A stretch of DNA of 64,000 bases from contig OZ250169.1 in the NCBI GenBank assembly GCA_965237955.1, forward strand, positions 1,792,001-1,856,000, given 5' to 3'. The notes beneath the pieces were generated by a model. That model made no database searches, had not been told where the DNA came from, and saw nothing but the letters and a program-made list of their open reading frames with translations. This document shows, in pieces, positions 59,342 through 64,000 of this stretch. Each line of letters opens with the position of its first letter. The first letter of the stretch is position 1. Source of the DNA: Candidatus Marinacidobacterales bacterium. Lineage in GTDB: Bacteria > Acidobacteriota > Vicinamibacteria > Marinacidobacterales > SMYC01. Made by a program: the position numbers and the translations under genes.

Positions 59342-62005
59342 ATGTCCCAGCGCAAACGCTTTCTCGTGCCCGAGGTCGTCCAATCGTCGGGGATGGACTG
59401 TGGTCCAGCCGCGCTCAAAGCGTTCGTCGAGGGCCACGGAGTGTCGGTGAGCTATGGCCGACTGCGCGAAGCCTGCCAGACCGACGTCGACGGGACTGCG
59501 ATCGAGACCCTCGAAGAGATCGCGAACGAGCTCGGCGTTCTCGTGGAGCAAGTCATGCTCCCGAAAGATCTCGTGCTGCTCGAAGAGGCTGAAGCGCTGC
59601 CGTGCATTGCAGTCATGCGGCTTCCGAACGGCAACACCCACTTCGCGGTGATTTGGAGCGTGGTCGCAGGCATCGTCCAGGTGATGGATCCAGCGACGGG
59701 ACGCCGGTGGATGACGCGTGGCCAGCTCGTGCACGAGCTCTACGAGCACAACCTGCCGGTGCCGGCCGGAGACTGGCGTGAGTGGGCGAGCTCTGAGCAG
59801 GGACTGGGCCTCCTCACAAGACGTCTTTCCGCATTGAATGTTTCGAAGGGCACGGTCGACGAGCTCATCAGGAAGGCGCTGTCGGATCCCAGCTGGCGAT
59901 CGCTCGCGGCGCTCGACGCGGCCGTGCGCGCGGTGCGATCCATGCTCGATGCCGGCGCGTGCCGCAGTGGTGACGAAGCGGCGTCCCTCGTCGCTACGTT
60001 ATTCAAAGATGCCGACTCCATCCCCAGGAGCTACTGGTCTACGAAAGCGTTGCCGGATGCGCCTGGGCCAGATACTGATAACGACGTCGTGGACGAGATC
60101 ATGATCAGGGGCGCGGTACTCCTGCGACTCGACCGATCGCCCGCGAGCGAGAGAGTTTCCTCGCCGTCGCTTTCGCGGGCAATCGAGGCGGCGCGTGACG
60201 AAGAGCCGGCCCGGCCGGGGTGGGAGCTTTGGTCGCGGATCCGTGAAGACGGGCTCCTCACGCCGGCGGTCCTTGTCGCGGCGTTTGCCGGCGCCGCCGC
60301 AGCGGTTGTCATCGAGGCTCTTTTGTTCCGGTCTCTTCTCGAGCTCGCGCCGCTCTTCGGGCTTTCCGAGTATCGCGTCGGCATCGTCGGCGCCCTTCTC
60401 GCGTTCATGTTGGTAGCACTCGTGATCGACTACGCCGCGATCACCGGCGAGCTTCGTATCGGCCGGCGCTTGGAGGCGCGACTTCGGGTCGCGTTTCAAG
60501 AGAAAATCCCGCGGCTCGGAGATCGCTACTTCGGCAGCCGGCTCATCTCCGACATGGCGGAGCGCAACCACAGCATCCACTTGTTGAGGACGCTGCCCAA
60601 GCTCGCGGGCCAGCTCCTGCGGACGAGTTTCGAGATGGTTCTCACCACGGCGGCGATTATCTGGCTGGAGCCCGGGACGAGTGTGGTGGTGCTGCTCGTC
60701 GTGGCCGCGTCGCTTGTGATCCCGCTCGCGGGCCAGCCCGTGTTTCAAGAGCGCGATCTTCGGGTGCGAAGCCACGTCGGAGCGCTGAGCCGGTTCTATC
60801 TCGATGCGCTCTTAGGACTGATTCCGCTACGCGTCCACGGCGCGCAGAAACCGATTCGGACCGAGCACGAGAGTCTCCTCGTCGAGTGGGCGCGCGCGCG
60901 GCTCGGATTGCAACGGATGGCCACAGGCCTCGAAGCCGCGCAGTTTTGCGTCGGCTACGGTTTGATTGTGCTGTTGCTGCTCTCGTACTTGAATCAAGGC
61001 GGTGAGCCGGCGGCGGTGTTGCTCCTCGCTTACTGGGCGTTGAATCTTCCCGTGCTCGGTCTTCAGCTCGTTCGGCTCGCGTGGCGCTACCCGGAGCAGC
61101 GGAATACGGCTCTGCGTGTGACTGAGCCGCTCCGCGCGAGCGAGGAGTCTGAGCAAGCGCCCGTCGCTGACCGCACCCCCTTGGGCACGGGTCCTATTGC
61201 TATTCGATTGGAGAACGCCACGGTACGCAGGGCGGGTCACGTCATTCTCGACAACCTCGACGTCGACATCGACGCTGGCAGCCACGTCGCGATCGTCGGC
61301 CGATCGGGCTCGGGCAAGACGAGTCTGTTCGGTCTTCTGCTCGGCTGGCACTTTCCCGACGAAGGCCGAGTCCTCGTCGACGGTTCCATTCTGGGCGGCG
61401 AGCGTTTAGACGAGATGCGGGCGCGTACCGCCTGGGTCGACCCCGCAGTGCAGATCTGGAATCGCAGTCTCATCGAGAACCTTCGCTATGGGAACGACAA
61501 CCGCGCGGAGTTTCCGCTGGCAACGATCGTCGAGCAAGCCGAGCTCTTGCCGGTGCTCGAGATGTTGCCCCAAGGACATCAGACGCTGCTTGGTGAGGGA
61601 GGCGGCCTCGTTTCCGGCGGTGAAGGCCAACGAGTTCGGCTGGGACGAGCCCTGTTGCGGCCGGATGTTTCCCTCGTGCTCCTCGACGAGCCGTTTCGCG
61701 GTCTCGGGCGTGAGCTGCGCGCGGTGCTTCTGCGACGAGCGCGCGCGCATTGGCGGGAGGCCACGCTTTTGTGCATCACCCACGATATGAGCGAGACCGA
61801 GGGATTCGATCGCGTGCTCGTCCTCGACGGGGGCCGTATCGTCGAAGACGGACCACCGGGCGAGCTCTTGTCTCGGAAGAGCTCGCGATACCGCGCGCTC
61901 GTCGATTCCGAACGTGAGCTCAGGTCGCTTTGGTCCGACGGTTCGTGGCGCAAGTGGGAAATCCGCGACGGTGCGATTCACGAGCGTGAGCATGAGGCCC
62001 TTTGA
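59342..62005 (+). CDS. Peptidase C39-containing ABC exporter (PCAT)
   Basis: Q...DCG, HF and MDPA triad; TM domain; GRSGSGKT, VSGGE, LLDE and ITHD. Confidence 0.93.
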   Translation: MSQRKRFLVPEVVQSSGMDCGPAALKAFVEGHGVSVSYGRLREACQTDVDGTAIETLEEIANELGVLVEQVMLPKDLVLLEEAEALPCIAVMRLPNGNTHFAVIWSVVAGIVQVMDPATGRRWMTRGQLVHELYEHNLPVPAGDWREWASSEQGLGLLTRRLSALNVSKGTVDELIRKALSDPSWRSLAALDAAVRAVRSMLDAGACRSGDEAASLVATLFKDADSIPRSYWSTKALPDAPGPDTDNDVVDEIMIRGAVLLRLDRSPASERVSSPSLSRAIEAARDEEPARPGWELWSRIREDGLLTPAVLVAAFAGAAAAVVIEALLFRSLLELAPLFGLSEYRVGIVGALLAFMLVALVIDYAAITGELRIGRRLEARLRVAFQEKIPRLGDRYFGSRLISDMAERNHSIHLLRTLPKLAGQLLRTSFEMVLTTAAIIWLEPGTSVVVLLVVAASLVIPLAGQPVFQERDLRVRSHVGALSRFYLDALLGLIPLRVHGAQKPIRTEHESLLVEWARARLGLQRMATGLEAAQFCVGYGLIVLLLLSYLNQGGEPAAVLLLAYWALNLPVLGLQLVRLAWRYPEQRNTALRVTEPLRASEESEQAPVADRTPLGTGPIAIRLENATVRRAGHVILDNLDVDIDAGSHVAIVGRSGSGKTSLFGLLLGWHFPDEGRVLVDGSILGGERLDEMRARTAWVDPAVQIWNRSLIENLRYGNDNRAEFPLATIVEQAELLPVLEMLPQGHQTLLGEGGGLVSGGEGQRVRLGRALLRPDVSLVLLDEPFRGLGRELRAVLLRRARAHWREATLLCITHDMSETEGFDRVLVLDGGRIVEDGPPGELLSRKSSRYRALVDSERELRSLWSDGSWRKWEIRDGAIHEREHEAL

Positions 62006-64000
62006 TGTCGATGCGACATAGCTGGCCGCGCGCTCGGCTGGGCGAAGGGCTGAAAGCGCTTGCGCGGAAGAGCGGGATGCCGGTTTCGAGACCAGACTCG
62101 AACGAAGACGCGCCCCCGCCTCCGGCGGAAGGAGAAAATCTAGGCGAGTGGATGGACGCCGGGGCGCGCTGGCTCGGCATCGAAGCTACGGCGTTGAGCT
62201 TGCCGCACCCCGAGCTCGCGAGTTTTCTCCGCGCTCCCGGGCCCGCCATCGTGCGGGTGGCGGACGATGAGTTCCTCCTGGTGATGTCGGCGACGCGGCG
62301 TGAGCTTCGAGTTCTCGGCGATGACGGCCAGCCGCATCGCGTGGCTCGAGACGCCGTCGCGCGCGCCCTCGAAGAGCGGATTGGTGGCGACGCGGAGGGC
62401 GAAGTCGAAGCGCTCCTCGAGAGCGTTTCCTTGTCGGCTCCCGACAAGGCACGTGCTTACATGATCGAAGAGCGTCTGAACGACGAGACCATCGACGATA
62501 TCTGGCTCGTGCGCTCGCCGCCCGGCGCGAGCGTCGCCGAAGATGTGCGGCAATCGCGCGTTTTGCGATTTTTGGCGGCGTTCGTGGGCACCTACTTCAT
62601 CGACTACAGCCTGTTCATCGCTTCGTGGTGGCTCATCGGCCGCGGTGCGCTGCGCGGACAGATCGATTGGGGCTGGCTCACAGCGTGGGCGCTCTTGTTC
62701 GCCACCATGGTGCCGTTCCGCATGATGTCGACGTGGTACCAGGGACGAACCGCGGTCGCGGCGGGTGGGCTCCTCAAGCAGAGGCTCTTGCTCGGCGCCA
62801 TGCGCCTCGATCCGGACGAGACCCGTCAGGATGGATTCGGCCGCCATCTCGCCCGCGTCCTCGAATCCGAGGCCGTCGAATCGTCGGCGATGAGCGGCGG
62901 TCTGCTCTCGGCAGCAGCCAGCATGGAGCTCGTCATCGCGGCGGTGATCCTGTCGTTCGGCTCCGGCGGTCTCCTCCACGTCTTCCTTCTCGTCCTCACC
63001 GTGTTCGCGTGCTTCCTGGTCGCGTGGCGGTATTTCGTATCGCGGCGCGCGTGGACAGGAGCGCGCTTTCGCATCAGCCACGATGTGCTCGAGCGCATGG
63101 TGGGTTATCGCACACGACTGGCGCAGTTGCGCCCCGACGCCCGGCACGAGCGCGAAGACGAAAGCCTGGCGACGTATCTGGAAGTCTCCCGCGACGCCGA
63201 CCGTCTGTACGGCTGGCTAGCGGTGTTCGACCGGCTGTGGTTGCCGATCGGTGTGTTGGGTCTCGCGCCGGGCTTCATTGTTGGTCAAGCGACGCTCGGA
63301 CGGTTGGCGGTCGCACTCGGCGGCACCGTCCTCGCTGCGCGCGGACTGCAAAAGCTCGCGGACGGGCTCGCGGATCTGCTCGATGCCTGGATCGCGTGGG
63401 AGCGCATCGCTCCGCTCTTTCATGCTGCAGGCAGACGACCAGCTCCCGGCGACCCGAACGTGTTGAGTCTAGCGCGCCGACAAGGGGCGACGTCGAACGG
63501 ACGGCCGCTCCTGGAAGTGAAAGAGCTCAGCTACCGCTACGCCAATCGAAGCGAGCTGGTGATTCGCGGCGCTAGCTTCGGCGTCAAGACGGGCGACTGC
63601 ATTCTGCTGACGTCGCGATCCGGTGGTGGAAAATCGACGTTGGTTTCGCTCGTCAACGGACTGCGGACTCCCGCCACCGGAACGTTGCTCCTCGATGGCG
63701 TCGATCGGTTGAGTCTTGGCGCCGAAGCGTGGACGCGCCGGATCGCGACCGCACCGCAGTTTCACGAGAACCACGTCTTCACCGAAGTGTTCGCGTTCAA
63801 TCTCCTCATGGGCCGTCGCTGGCCTCCGACCGCCGAAGATTGGCGTGAAGCCGAAGGCCTCTGCCGTGAGCTCGGGCTCGGCGAGCTCCTCGACAAGATG
63901 CCCGGCGGGATGAACCAAATCGTCGGCGACACCGGCTGGCGACTCTCGCACGGCGAGCGCAGCCGGCTTTACTTGGCGCGCGCGTTGTTACAAGGAGCCG
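62005..64000 (+). CDS. Second ABC exporter subunit (TMD+NBD, no peptidase Cys motif), runs off the window
   Basis: TGATG overlap with the upstream gene; frame starts MSMRHSWPRARLGEG; Walker A SRSGGGKST at ~63613 and signature LSHGE at ~63946. Absent from the ORF track, consistent with having no stop in the window. Confidence 0.9.
   Translation, partial: MSMRHSWPRARLGEGLKALARKSGMPVSRPDSNEDAPPPPAEGENLGEWMDAGARWLGIEATALSLPHPELASFLRAPGPAIVRVADDEFLLVMSATRRELRVLGDDGQPHRVARDAVARALEERIGGDAEGEVEALLESVSLSAPDKARAYMIEERLNDETIDDIWLVRSPPGASVAEDVRQSRVLRFLAAFVGTYFIDYSLFIASWWLIGRGALRGQIDWGWLTAWALLFATMVPFRMMSTWYQGRTAVAAGGLLKQRLLLGAMRLDPDETRQDGFGRHLARVLESEAVESSAMSGGLLSAAASMELVIAAVILSFGSGGLLHVFLLVLTVFACFLVAWRYFVSRRAWTGARFRISHDVLERMVGYRTRLAQLRPDARHEREDESLATYLEVSRDADRLYGWLAVFDRLWLPIGVLGLAPGFIVGQATLGRLAVALGGTVLAARGLQKLADGLADLLDAWIAWERIAPLFHAAGRRPAPGDPNVLSLARRQGATSNGRPLLEVKELSYRYANRSELVIRGASFGVKTGDCILLTSRSGGGKSTLVSLVNGLRTPATGTLLLDGVDRLSLGAEAWTRRIATAPQFHENHVFTEVFAFNLLMGRRWPPTAEDWREAEGLCRELGLGELLDKMPGGMNQIVGDTGWRLSHGERSRLYLARALLQGA

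Overview
A GC-rich bacterial chromosomal window made up mostly of housekeeping genes. Gene order and repeat types suggest Acidobacteriota, but that is inference only. Left to right it holds: Fe-S helper genes, PHP, Rieske, a ccsA-hemA-hemC-hemD-hemL cluster, an orphan peptide-binding ABC lipoprotein, a membrane HD-GYP/GAF/GGDEF gene, tdk, yjjX, a GHMP kinase, Nudix, Ku plus an NHEJ ligase, a sigma54 activator with its own sigma54 promoter, 2-oxoacid:ferredoxin oxidoreductase, a TonB-dependent receptor, Mrp/ApbC, ridA, rel/spoT, tonB-exbB-exbD-exbD, tgt-yajC-secD-secF, a Gld-like ABC system and a C39-peptidase ABC exporter pair. There are three IS elements (ISL3, IS5/IS903 type, ISAzo13) and several dispersed 6/7/8-mer palindromic repeat elements. 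The two most interesting signals are too short for the ORF track. (1) A 34-aa leader/core peptide, MDNIQEVQEILELTVEELEERTAPG-LVVVWIPYP, follows a ~205-nt rod-shaped RNA candidate and lies directly upstream of the membrane c-di-GMP enzyme, suggesting a peptide-signal to c-di-GMP module. (2) A stand-alone 22-aa Lys/Ala histone-H1-like micropeptide has a promoter overlapped by tandem NrdR-like boxes and a highly structured leader. Several genes are broken by single-base indels, mostly in homopolymers, and two carry in-frame TAG codons; most of these are probably consensus errors. I saw no rRNA, tRNA or CRISPR array.
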